DNA from: Sulfolobales archaeon HS-7 | GTDB lineage: Archaea; Thermoproteota; Thermoprotei_A; Sulfolobales; Sulfolobaceae | Reading direction: 5' to 3' | NCBI GenBank assembly: GCA_019704295.1 | Contig: AP024596.1 | Location: 1,344,001 to 1,408,000 of the forward strand | Length of the DNA: 64,000 nucleotides | In this document: one piece after another, positions 29,672-39,306 of the stretch | How the letters are laid out: every line of letters starts with the position of its first letter | How positions within the stretch are numbered: the stretch's first letter is position 1 | The notes under the pieces: model-generated | Told to the model about the DNA's origin: nothing | What the model saw: only the letters and a program-made list of their open reading frames with translations | Database searches by the model: none | Position numbers and translations under genes: made by a program

Positions 29672-30703
29672 GTTTGTAGCTTTCCTATGAGGGCTTGAAA
29701 CTTTTTTTGGCGTAAGTATAGGTCTTATGACGACGGCTGGTTTGTAGCTTTCCTATGAGGGCTTGAAACTAAATAGTATCGTTTATTTCCCTTACTAGCC
29801 TCGATAGTTTGTAGCTTTCCTATGAGGGCTTGAAACTTGAACCGCTTTCATATGCTATTACAGCTTCATAACTGTTTGTAGCTTTCCTATGAGGGCTTGA
29901 AACATGCAAATCCGCAAATACTTGACGCAGTAACGAATAGTTTGTAGCTTTCCTATGAGGGCTTGAAACTTGAACCGCTTTCATATGCTATTACAGCTTC
30001 ATAACTGTTTGTAGCTTTCCTATGAGGGCTTGAAACTCGTCGAGTTTTTCCGCATACGCGTCACTAGGATCTGTTTGTAGCTTTCCTATGAGGGCTTGAA
30101 ACACTTTTACGCTTAGGTATACATCTGACATCTTTGTGTTTGTAGCTTTCCTATGAGGGCTTGAAACTAATCAACATACCAGTTAGCGACAATCTTTTCG
30201 GCGGTTTGTAGCTTTCCTATGAGGGCTTGAAACAAAGTCGCTAGGGCGTTAAACAGGTTGAACTCTGGGTTTGTAGCTTTCCTATGAGGGCTTGAAACGC
30301 CGTACCCGGTGTTAGCGCACCATGTGCAAGTCCCTGTGTTTGTAGCTTTCCTATGAGGGCTTGAAACATGCAAATCCGCAAATACTTGACGCAGTAACGA
30401 ATAGTTTGTAGCTTTCCTATGAGGGCTTGAAACTTGAACCGCTTTCATATGCTATTACAGCTTCATAACTGTTTGTAGCTCTCCTATGAGGGCTTGAAAC
30501 CTCTTCCATCGGACGGTGATATTCCTTCGCGAACTGCTGTTTGTAGCTTTCCTATGAGGGCTTGAAACCTCTGAGAAGTTGTTGAGGATGTGTTAGATCC
30601 TTGAGATGTTTGTAGCTTTCCTATGAGGGCTTGAAACTTTAAATACCTTTTTAACCTACTAATTAGTTTATCAGTTTGTAGCTTTCCTATGAGGGCTTGA
30701 AAC
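29672..30703 (+). CRISPR. CRISPR array: 16 repeats (30 nt, GTTTGTAGCTTTCCTATGAGGGCTTGAAAC), 15 spacers of 35-39 nt, 12 unique
   Basis: Repeats start at 29672, 29740, 29807, 29874, 29940, 30007, 30073, 30138, 30204, 30269, 30338, 30404, 30471 (T11C variant), 30539, 30608, 30674. Confidence 0.99.
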
Positions 30704-31091
30704 CAGAGGCATAATGGCAGAGCTGCCGATATTATCACTCTTGCAGGGGACTATTCGCATATCCTCTGCGAAACTAGTTTATTACATTAGCAGCAACAAA
30801 TTCTACTTAACGCTACCGTAAGGGCGTTTCGCCTGTTTATCCAGATTTTATCTTATTTAGGAAAATAAGGAATAAATTTAATTAAATACAATCTTATTGA
30901 CTAGTAGCCGTTCATGCTTAACAATTTCCTCTATTTAATCCATCTTTCCCATTCCACAATTCGCGATGAAAACCTGAATTGCCCGTATTTTACAGGATGT
31001 GTTTTCACCTCTTTTCAGTTCCCACAAGTTCCACTATACAGGAATTGACAACCCTTAACAGTATTACCTCCCCAGACCTGGAACTGAATTA

Positions 31092-31813
31092 CTACTCCTT
31101 TATTCCGATGAAGGTAACTCTATCATCCCTTATTTCATTGAGCTCCTCGAAAGATAACGTCCTGAGAGTTCCTAGAACCTTAAAGCCCGCTCTCCTAAGC
31201 AAGTCAACTAACTCCTCCTTTTCGTAAAGGCTTATCCGTGTCTTATGAGCGTGACTGTAGATGAGGTTTTGACCAACCTTTTCAAAGAAACTTTCATCGA
31301 ATACGAGGTATTTTCCCTCCTCCACGTAATGGGATGCCTCTACGGTATCCCCGTAATCTACAAACTGCGTATTCCCCTTTCTCCTTTTTATCGTCAAACC
31401 GTTGGCCATTTCAAGAATGAGAGCCCCTTCGCCCTTAAGTTATCGTAAAAGTTCTTCAAAGTTTGAGCGTTACCCTGATCGTCGAAGAAACCGAATGAGG
31501 TAAACCAGTTCAGGACGACGTCAACCTCTTCCTTTAACCTAAAGGACCTCATGTCGCCTACGTAATAGTTACCGTTATTTTTGTTCTTGGCCTTATCTAT
31601 GAGATCTGAGGAGGAGTCAACTCCGTAGACCTGATAACCTAAATCCCACAGAAAGGCGTGATGCCTACCGTACTCGCAGGGGATATCCAAGATGGATTTA
31701 TAGGAATCCCCAAGCTTCCACGCACAGAACTCTATTAAGGAGTGTATGTAATACGCTTCTATCTCGGAAGTGGACTTAACAAGTTCCAAATGATAGTGGA
31801 GTTCGTCCTTCAC
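31092..31813 (-). pseudogene. Class I SAM-dependent methyltransferase split by a frameshift
   Basis: 'ILDIPCEYGRH', 'GDMR', 'NWFTSFGFF'; adding one G to the G4 run (plus-strand CCCC 31424-31427) joins the two ORFs as 'KGALILEMANG'. Confidence 0.8.
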
Positions 31814-31953
31814 AGCCTAGACTAGGTGATGAAGTAATAAAGCGTTGTCATACACTTCGAGCTGAGAACCTCGCCATTCCACAGGGACGATTGCGAGTTC
31901 CTAACATGAGGTAATCCGCTTTAATTTATTACCTTTTACACTAATCGATTAAC

Positions 31954-34248
31954 ATGAATTTCATCCCAAAAAACGAAGATCCCGTTGTAAGACTTGGGAG
32001 GAACTACGTTTTAAAGGAGCATGAACTCAACTACCCGGAAATACCGGATTTTAAGGTAAGGCATGAGTCCTTTGAGCTTTACGTAAAACCGGAGCAGGAG
32101 GAAATTGAGGGCGTAGCCGCTATTGACGTTGAATCTAATGGCAAGATCACCCTTGATGCAAACCACTTCGAAATATCAGCTGTGCAAGTTGACGGAAATC
32201 CTGCGGAGTGGAAGTACGACGGGAGGAAACTGATAGTCAAGGTATCCGGAAAGAGAAAGGTCACTATTCGCTACAGGGTTAAGGCGTCGCAGGGATTAAG
32301 GTTTCTGAAAAGGGGAGAGTTCTATGAAGTGGGATCAACAGGAGAGGTAAACAACGCTCCCAATTGGCTTCCTGTTGTCAACTCTCCGGGAGTGAAATGT
32401 ACTACTGAGAAGGTGGTGAGGGTACCGAAACCTTACGTTGCGGTATCCAATGGTTCTCTGGTGAAGCAGTGGGAGGACAACGAAAGTAACTACTTCCATT
32501 GGGTCATGGATAAACCTCATTCTGCATACCTGAACAGCCTAGCCGTAGGGGTATTTGATAGGTATCACGATGAGTGGGAGGGAATTTCCCTTGAGTTCTA
32601 CCTCCCCAAGGGGTTCGGGGAATTTCATAAAAACCTCTCTGCGACGAAGGACGCTGTCTCCTTTTTCTCCGAGTACACGGGCGTTAAATACCCCTATAAA
32701 AAGTACGCTCAGGTTGTACTCTTCGGGATGAGAGGGGGGATGGAGTACATAACCTCAACCCACCTCACCTGGACGACTATGCATGACGAGATTGCGGAAA
32801 TGGACTTCTCCAGCGACAGCCTGGTCTCTCACGAATTGGCCCACCAATGGTTCGGAGATCTCGTGACGACAAAGGATTGGTCAAATATATGGTTAAACGA
32901 GGCCTTTGCGTCCTACTTTCAGGCGTTGTACTTCCTTCACTCAAAGGGTGAGGACGAGTTCGTATACGACCTTTACAGGAAACTGCAGGATTACCTAGTG
33001 GAATACGCGAAGTACTCCAGACCGATAGTGACGAGGTATTATAAGTTCGGGGAGGAACTTTTCGATAGGCACACCTATCCCAAGGGCGCCCTAGTTGTAC
33101 ATACGCTGAGAAATGTGCTAGGAGATGAGCTATTTAGGAAGGGGATCAAGCACTACTTGAGCAAACATTCCTTTTCATCTGTGGACACCGAGGACTTTAG
33201 GAAGGCGATGGAGGAGGCTTCGGAAAAGGACCTCACGTGGTTTTTTGACAAATACGTGTACTCTGCGAATCACCCTATCTTTAACCTCAACTTTGACGGG
33301 GAAAAGGTCGTCATAGAACAAGTCCAAGATGGGCCGGAATACAATCACACCATTGAGTTGAAGGTGGTGAACAGAGGGGAAAAGAGTATCAAGAAAATCG
33401 AACTGAAAAGGGTTACGGAAGTGAACGTTGAGGGGGATTACGTCTGTCTAGATCCAAAGTTCTCCCACATAGCAGTGGTCAACGATTTACAGGAGGAGGA
33501 AAGGCTACTTGAGGAAGTGAGAGATGAGGACATTAAGTGCGTCATTAACGCGATAAACGGCTTAACGAAGTTCAGAGATGGGAAGGCCATCTCAGCGCTA
33601 AATTCCCTTTTGCTAACCTCGTTCTGGGGCGTTAAATACGAGGCTGCTTTGGCCCTGGGGAAGATAGGTACAAAGGAGGCATTAAAGGCCTTGATGATCA
33701 GAGTAGAACCTTCTAAAGCGATGAGAGGTGTAGTAAAGGCACTAGGGGAATTCAAGTTCTCTAGGGAGGCTGCGGAATTTCTCGTCTCAGTGCTGGAGCA
33801 GGAGAGAAGTTATTACGTAAAGGCAGAGGCAATTACCTCATTGGGGAAAATAGGATTACCGGAATTTAGGGAGAAGATTGCCTCTCATTTCGGAGAGAGG
33901 AGTCACGTTGACGTAATTTCGACCTCCGTGATAGAGGCACTGGCGTATTTAGGAGATGAGGAGTCGTTTAACTTCGTTGTGGAAAAGGGGGTTAAGAGCA
34001 ATAACGAGCTGATAAGGGCGGCATCGGCGAGACATTTAGGTAAATTCGGGAAGAAGGCAATGCATTACCTTAAGAGTCTAGTAAAGGACGAAAGCGCTGC
34101 CGTAAGGGGATCCGCGGTGTCCTCTCTAGGGGAAATGGGTGATAAATCTGTTGTGCCAATCCTTAAAGAAGTAGTCGATAATGAAGATGAGGACGGAAGA
34201 TTAAGGGTTAGTGCTCTGAGGTACTTAAGCACATTAACTCAAACTTAG
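31954..34248 (+). CDS. pepN: M1 aminopeptidase (PepN-like) with C-terminal HEAT repeats
   Basis: GGMEY, HELAH-x18-E, YPKG; HEAT-like C-terminus. Confidence 0.92.
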   Translation: MNFIPKNEDPVVRLGRNYVLKEHELNYPEIPDFKVRHESFELYVKPEQEEIEGVAAIDVESNGKITLDANHFEISAVQVDGNPAEWKYDGRKLIVKVSGKRKVTIRYRVKASQGLRFLKRGEFYEVGSTGEVNNAPNWLPVVNSPGVKCTTEKVVRVPKPYVAVSNGSLVKQWEDNESNYFHWVMDKPHSAYLNSLAVGVFDRYHDEWEGISLEFYLPKGFGEFHKNLSATKDAVSFFSEYTGVKYPYKKYAQVVLFGMRGGMEYITSTHLTWTTMHDEIAEMDFSSDSLVSHELAHQWFGDLVTTKDWSNIWLNEAFASYFQALYFLHSKGEDEFVYDLYRKLQDYLVEYAKYSRPIVTRYYKFGEELFDRHTYPKGALVVHTLRNVLGDELFRKGIKHYLSKHSFSSVDTEDFRKAMEEASEKDLTWFFDKYVYSANHPIFNLNFDGEKVVIEQVQDGPEYNHTIELKVVNRGEKSIKKIELKRVTEVNVEGDYVCLDPKFSHIAVVNDLQEEERLLEEVRDEDIKCVINAINGLTKFRDGKAISALNSLLLTSFWGVKYEAALALGKIGTKEALKALMIRVEPSKAMRGVVKALGEFKFSREAAEFLVSVLEQERSYYVKAEAITSLGKIGLPEFREKIASHFGERSHVDVISTSVIEALAYLGDEESFNFVVEKGVKSNNELIRAASARHLGKFGKKAMHYLKSLVKDESAAVRGSAVSSLGEMGDKSVVPILKEVVDNEDEDGRLRVSALRYLSTLTQT

Positions 34249-34727
34249 TGCATTTACGGTGGTTTGCAAATTTATCGGAAACACGCTCTCTATTCTTGAG
34301 TTCGCTCGTGTCTAAAATTATGAAGACTGAGTGAAATAGGTAAAACCTAGATTCCCACACCCTAATCAAGTGGAGAACTTTTTGACGAATTCCTCATGAA
34401 CCGAGGTTTACGTTGAAAGGGGTTCATACGATGAGAGGGTGGATACTGGATTACCTGCCCTTACTGATAGAGCTTTTTGTGTCCCAGTGTTGATTAAGGG
34501 AGGTCACAGGCAATTAAAATACAATCCAGGGCGCGCGGTGTCCCATCAAGCTGATTAAACATACCGCGAAAACAATCTTCCGCCGTCTTGAAGACTTTAC
34601 AGTACTGTGAACAATGCATTACCTACGTACTCGTAATTTAGAGGTCCATTCCTGTGAGCTCCATGTAGTTAAGACCGTTGTGATGTTTCAAGGGAAAAAC
34701 TCTTTACTCTGTAAGAGAAAAACAGGT

Positions 34728-35213
34728 ATGGAAGTTCAGGAAAAAGTTGAGAAGTGGCTAAGACAGATGAAATTTACAATAAGTAATACCCCAAACGCTA
34801 AGGAATACTACAACGTAACCGTGTCTCCTCCGCCTCCCGCTCAATTTCCCATACTCCAGGTTATCATACCAGAACAGAGCTCACCGTTCGTGTTAATACT
34901 AATGGGAGTGGGAATACATCCTCAACATGTAAAGGGGGTAAAGGACATGAACGATTCTGAGAGAGGAAAGTTCCTTAACGACATAAAGTACACGTTATTG
35001 AGAATGAACGTGGACTTTACCTTCATTCCTCCTCAAGATGTAATTCCACAGGCCATATCTGTATCAAAATCCGTTTACACAGACGGATTGACAATGGACA
35101 GGTTCTTTGACGTCTTTACTCTCGTGAGAAACGCTGGTCTTTACATTATAACGAAGTTTACCGAGCAATTCGGAAATCCGCCACCCCTTCGCGGAGACAT
35201 AAAATACGTTTAG
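34728..35213 (+). CDS. DUF2299-like protein; start revised to ATG 34728
   Basis: 'EKVEKWLRQMKF...VSPPP...IHPQH...DGLTMDRFF' pattern of this archaeal family. Confidence 0.65.
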   Translation: MEVQEKVEKWLRQMKFTISNTPNAKEYYNVTVSPPPPAQFPILQVIIPEQSSPFVLILMGVGIHPQHVKGVKDMNDSERGKFLNDIKYTLLRMNVDFTFIPPQDVIPQAISVSKSVYTDGLTMDRFFDVFTLVRNAGLYIITKFTEQFGNPPPLRGDIKYV

Positions 35214-35830
35214 CCTTTTTCCCATTTAGGGAACTTCTCCGGAAAATCTGTTATAATTCCGTCAACTCCATAGGTTTTAGCTAGGGCAAATGTGGCCTCG
35301 TCATTTACAACGCACGTCGCGAAGTACATTGAGTTCTCCTTTCCGAATTTGATGTCCCTTTTCCTTAAAGCACCTATGAAAGGAAAGAGCGCGTCTAATT
35401 CGTTCTCAATTGCCAGGGAAACTGCCCTTGACGGATTCTCTACGATGCCTGAAGAGAAGTACGATAGTCCTACCGGACAATCAGACCTTGATCTTAACCT
35501 GTAAGCTGTCTCAAAGTTATCCGCTGAAAACATTACTCTTTCCTCAAAACCCATTGTGGCATCAACAATTGGGTCAACATTCCTGGATTTCACGTCGACG
35601 AGGAAAAGGAGTTCCGTAAGTCCTAACGCGTCGTTTAAGGTATACCGAGTTAACTCGTTCTCACTGTGTCCCAGAATGGGCCTACCGTTAATTTCAATCA
35701 CGTCTATCTCAACTATCTTGACACCCCGCTCCTTAGCTGAAATTAGACCCTCAATAGTGTTCTGCATTTCCCTAGATCCCCTGTGAGCTATAACACACCC
35801 TGATTTTAGGCATTCGAGAATTCCATTCAC
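35210..35830 (-). CDS. Glycerophosphodiester phosphodiesterase
   Basis: IAHRG, EIDV, DVK, DGIITDFP. Confidence 0.88.
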   Translation of the reverse strand: MNGILECLKSGCVIAHRGSREMQNTIEGLISAKERGVKIVEIDVIEINGRPILGHSENELTRYTLNDALGLTELLFLVDVKSRNVDPIVDATMGFEERVMFSADNFETAYRLRSRSDCPVGLSYFSSGIVENPSRAVSLAIENELDALFPFIGALRKRDIKFGKENSMYFATCVVNDEATFALAKTYGVDGIITDFPEKFPKWEKG

Positions 35831-36368
35831 GAGAGAAGGCTATTATTCTGTTATTAAATTTTTTATTATGTGCTCTCTAAAGGCGTGCATACACTTTTAT
35901 CAGCTTTGCTTTTAACAGGTCCGCGTTGGTAGGAGTTTATGAGTAAGAAGAGCTATTCGTAGGGTGATTTAATGTTAAAAGAAAAGTTTAATTAAATATT
36001 TTCACAACTCAACAAGGGTTTTGCGCTAAGCAGTTTACATTAATGTTTTGCCTTATCCACAAATTACAACTACGGAGACACCTAATTGTATGAGAAAGAG
36101 GAGTTCTGAATTTTCCATGCCGGTTAAGAGGATGTATCAGCTGGACTTTTTGCCTAAAGCCTCAAACGTCGGACTCGTAATAGAGATCACTTTTGACCAG
36201 CACTTATGTTTATACTCACTTTGAAGGTGCACTGAGCACATCTTCGCGGAAATGCCGTTCCCAGCTTGATTGTTCCCGTCCTTGCATCAAGAAGTTACTT
36301 AAGGTGGATCCTCTGAGGGCTGTAATTGCCGTGGATAAGGGAGTGCTTGATAATAGCAGAAAAGTTAC

Positions 36369-37250
36369 CTATCCGTTCTGAAGAAGGTAATTCAGGTATA
36401 TCTCGTTTACGAAGTTCCTTGCAAATCTCAACTTACCGAATCCCAGGGATGCTCCCCTCATTTCGTCAAGGCGATAATCAATTACCTCGTAGTCGTTCCT
36501 CAGGTTCATTGATAATAAGAGGTCCTCGTAGCCGTTAATGAAAACCTCATTTAGGACAGGTACCTTTACCCTTGAACGCCTTAATATCATAAATGACCCT
36601 GCGTTTACTACTTCCTCCTTTACTTCCCCCGCAAACCTCCTCATAGGTCCCATCATGGAGTTTATAGCTACCATAGTGTTGAGTTTGAATTTTTCTCGGT
36701 ATTTCAAGTAAAGTTTTCCGGTAATTTCAGCGTAACCTAATTTGAGTACCTTACCGAAGAGCACCATTCCCTTTAAGAAGTTCTCATCAGGTCTTATCAG
36801 GGAAACCTTGTAAGAGTGGTAACCAGAAGGTTTCGCCATAACGAGAGTTTTTGTAGTACGACTAAGATCCTCCATAAGCTTCGTAACGGGTTCTGCATAA
36901 GTGGTATCGTCATTAGCCACAACTATCCATGACGGTTTATACTCCATGACCTTAAGTATTCCAGCATTGACGCTTTTCGCAAAGTTGAACTTCTTACCCT
37001 TACTCTCAACGAGGGTTATACTAGCCCCCTTAAATAGTTCTACTGCTCTTTTCGCGAGTTGTCCATCGGCGTTAGATGTTGGAATTACTACAGCGATCTC
37101 CTCATTTCCTGTAATTTGCCTTATCTCCATTTTCTCTGCCTCCCTATTCTTCATCCAGGAGATTACGCTCTCCCTACTGTAAAGTTCGTAGATCTGCAAT
37201 ACCTTATCCACGCTTTCATCGGTAAATAGTTCCTCTAATTCTTCACCCAA
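36369..37250 (-). CDS. GT-A/GT2-like glycosyltransferase, translationally coupled to crtB-crtY
   Basis: 'AVVIPT', 'FNFAKSVNAG', 'VANDD' (DxD-like), 'GYEDLLLS'; 16-nt overlap with lycopene cyclase gene. Confidence 0.65.
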   Translation of the reverse strand: MGEELEELFTDESVDKVLQIYELYSRESVISWMKNREAEKMEIRQITGNEEIAVVIPTSNADGQLAKRAVELFKGASITLVESKGKKFNFAKSVNAGILKVMEYKPSWIVVANDDTTYAEPVTKLMEDLSRTTKTLVMAKPSGYHSYKVSLIRPDENFLKGMVLFGKVLKLGYAEITGKLYLKYREKFKLNTMVAINSMMGPMRRFAGEVKEEVVNAGSFMILRRSRVKVPVLNEVFINGYEDLLLSMNLRNDYEVIDYRLDEMRGASLGFGKLRFARNFVNEIYLNYLLQNG

Positions 37251-37918
37251 ATCCTCCCACCTACCCTATAAAAAGTGGTGTAAAAGTTCATCATCGAAAA
37301 GGAGTATATGGCGTCCTCAATGGGTATAGTACCTATCCTCACCCCCAGAATGGAATGTGGACCGTATATAACCACGGGTAGGGAAGTTAAGAAGTAATCA
37401 AATACGAAGAAGGGAATATAGGTTAAAATCACGAATTCCCAGTATCTTACAGACGTCAGTATTTCAGGAGCTAGGATTTCTGCCGTTAGTAACGACGCCC
37501 CTGCGAAAATTAGGACTATTGAAGTATAGGAGTAGAGGAAAAGGAGGGCAATTCCCAGAGCGATAAGTCCTCCGGAAAGGTAGTATACCTTATCCCCTCG
37601 AAAATTTACGAACCTGTCCCCTTTCAAAAAGTCGTATATCATGAGAGTTGCAAACGGGGTTACAACGAAAAAGAGCACCTCCTCTACTGGAAGGTCGTAG
37701 AGGTACAGACCCAATATCCAATGAGGGTTAAAACTCCACGAGTCATTTGCAGTTGCCACAACGTCCCACGCGATGTAAAGTGGGGATACTATCCCTATAG
37801 AGTAGAGAAGAGCTTTGTAATTCCTCTTAACCTTTAACAGGGATATTATCAACGTGGGTAGAAACATCATTAGATCTATTTCCGCGTAGGCTAAGTGTGG
37901 GAGAAATATGGTAACCAT
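37235..37918 (-). CDS. crtY: Fusion-type lycopene beta-cyclase (CrtYc/Yd-like)
   Basis: Two 'WD/FD...G...P(V/I)E(E/D)' membrane cyclase repeats, downstream of crtB. Confidence 0.9.
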   Translation of the reverse strand: MVTIFLPHLAYAEIDLMMFLPTLIISLLKVKRNYKALLYSIGIVSPLYIAWDVVATANDSWSFNPHWILGLYLYDLPVEEVLFFVVTPFATLMIYDFLKGDRFVNFRGDKVYYLSGGLIALGIALLFLYSYTSIVLIFAGASLLTAEILAPEILTSVRYWEFVILTYIPFFVFDYFLTSLPVVIYGPHSILGVRIGTIPIEDAIYSFSMMNFYTTFYRVGGRIWVKN

Positions 37919-38727
37919 ACCAAAATCCTCATTGCGTTTAATAAACCGCTCGCTATCACCTTACTTCTCCTCGGCTTTACCTTCACTCTGTACACAACGC
38001 AGGGGTCGGAGTAAATTATCTTTCCCGTCCACTTATACATATCTGAAGCTGTCTTTATAGGTATCAAGAATCTGGAGGGTATGAAACGGTATCCTTTCTC
38101 TGCTTCCTTTTGGTATTCCATATACCTATTTACGTTAAGTCTTATGAACTCCTTGAACTCCTTAGTGCAACCCTCTTCAAGGGAGACGCCCATGTCAATC
38201 ATTTCGTCAAAAGGCAAGTACTGTCTACCTAGCCTCTGATCTTCCTGAAAGTCCCTTATGAAGTTGAGGTATTGCATGGCTCTACCTAACATTTTCGCGT
38301 ACTCCTGGGATTTCTCGTCTAGTGAGAGAATTCTCATCATCATTAATCCTACCACCTCAGCAGATCCGTAGATGTAACTTAAGGTCTCATCAATCGTGTG
38401 ATAGATCCCCTTATATATATCACTCTCCATGGAGTTCAAAAAGGCCTCAACCCATTTCTCGTCTATGGACTTCCTTCGCATTAGTTCCACGAAGTTCGAT
38501 ATCACCGGACTACTTGTCTCCCTTCCATAAAGCGCCGAGTAATAAACTTCGCGTAATTCGTAGAATTCCTTCACCCTTTGGGGAATGGAATCCACTAAAT
38601 CATCAAAAACTCTGACGAAAGCGTAAAGCTTAGTAACGTCCTCCTTTACCCTTTTAGGAAATAGGAGAGTACTGTTATAGTACGTTGTACTGCTACGACG
38701 AAAGATCTCCGTAAGTTCCTTTACCAT
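37891..38727 (-). CDS. crtB: Phytoene synthase
   Basis: 'YAFVRVFDDLVD', 'NFIRDFQED', 'GRQYLP'. Confidence 0.95.
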   Translation of the reverse strand: MVKELTEIFRRSSTTYYNSTLLFPKRVKEDVTKLYAFVRVFDDLVDSIPQRVKEFYELREVYYSALYGRETSSPVISNFVELMRRKSIDEKWVEAFLNSMESDIYKGIYHTIDETLSYIYGSAEVVGLMMMRILSLDEKSQEYAKMLGRAMQYLNFIRDFQEDQRLGRQYLPFDEMIDMGVSLEEGCTKEFKEFIRLNVNRYMEYQKEAEKGYRFIPSRFLIPIKTASDMYKWTGKIIYSDPCVVYRVKVKPRRSKVIASGLLNAMRILVWLPYFSHT

Positions 38728-38850
38728 TTGAAAATGTTAATATTTGAGAAGGAAAAGAACATATGTAAGAAGTTTTTTTATACCCTCTTTAAAAGGGTGT
38801 AAAATTAACTGTAATCAACATTTATAAGGCGGTGTACAATAAAACGGGTT

Positions 38851-39306
38851 ATGTTACTAACACTTGTGGCTATATCCGTCTTGACTTTCTTTGGAATGGA
38901 GGGCTTGGCGAGACTTATGCATAAGTACGTTATGCACGGATTTATGTGGTTCCTACATGAGGATCACCACAGAGAGACTCAATCTGAGTTCGAGAAGAAC
39001 GACGCCTTTGGAATTATCTTCGCGTTAGTTGCGATATACCTAATTTTCAATGGACTGTTTGATCACAACCTAATTTCCCTGTCGATAGGATTAGGAATAA
39101 CTGCATACGGAGTTGCTTACTTCTTCGTTCACGATATGATAATTCACGACAGACACCTGCACCTGAGGAGTTGGGGGATGAGACATTCTCCCTTCAAGGA
39201 ACTCATACAGGCACATGAGGTACATCATGAACAGGGAGAGGGAAACTGGGGTTTTCTCCTGATCATCCCTGGTCTTGATAAGTACCCTCAGAGGAACAAC
39301 GAATGA
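38851..39306 (+). CDS. crtZ: Beta-carotene hydroxylase
   Basis: His boxes HKYVMH, HEDHH, HDMIIH, HEVHH; 'FEKND'. Confidence 0.95.
   Translation: MLLTLVAISVLTFFGMEGLARLMHKYVMHGFMWFLHEDHHRETQSEFEKNDAFGIIFALVAIYLIFNGLFDHNLISLSIGLGITAYGVAYFFVHDMIIHDRHLHLRSWGMRHSPFKELIQAHEVHHEQGEGNWGFLLIIPGLDKYPQRNNE

Noticed and set aside
29702-30673. Self-targeting spacers within the window
   Set aside because: No protospacer seen by eye; a BLAST search is needed to exclude it
30167-30738. Two - strand ORFs (93 and 84 aa) with repeated FQALIGKLQT
   Set aside because: They are translations of CRISPR repeats and spacers
30704-30774. Possible 16th spacer and degenerate terminal repeat ending GAAAC
   Set aside because: Too little identity to the repeat beyond the last 5 nt
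31826-31865. GTGATGA...CTGA, possible C/D box sRNA
   Set aside because: Too short, with no internal D'/C' boxes
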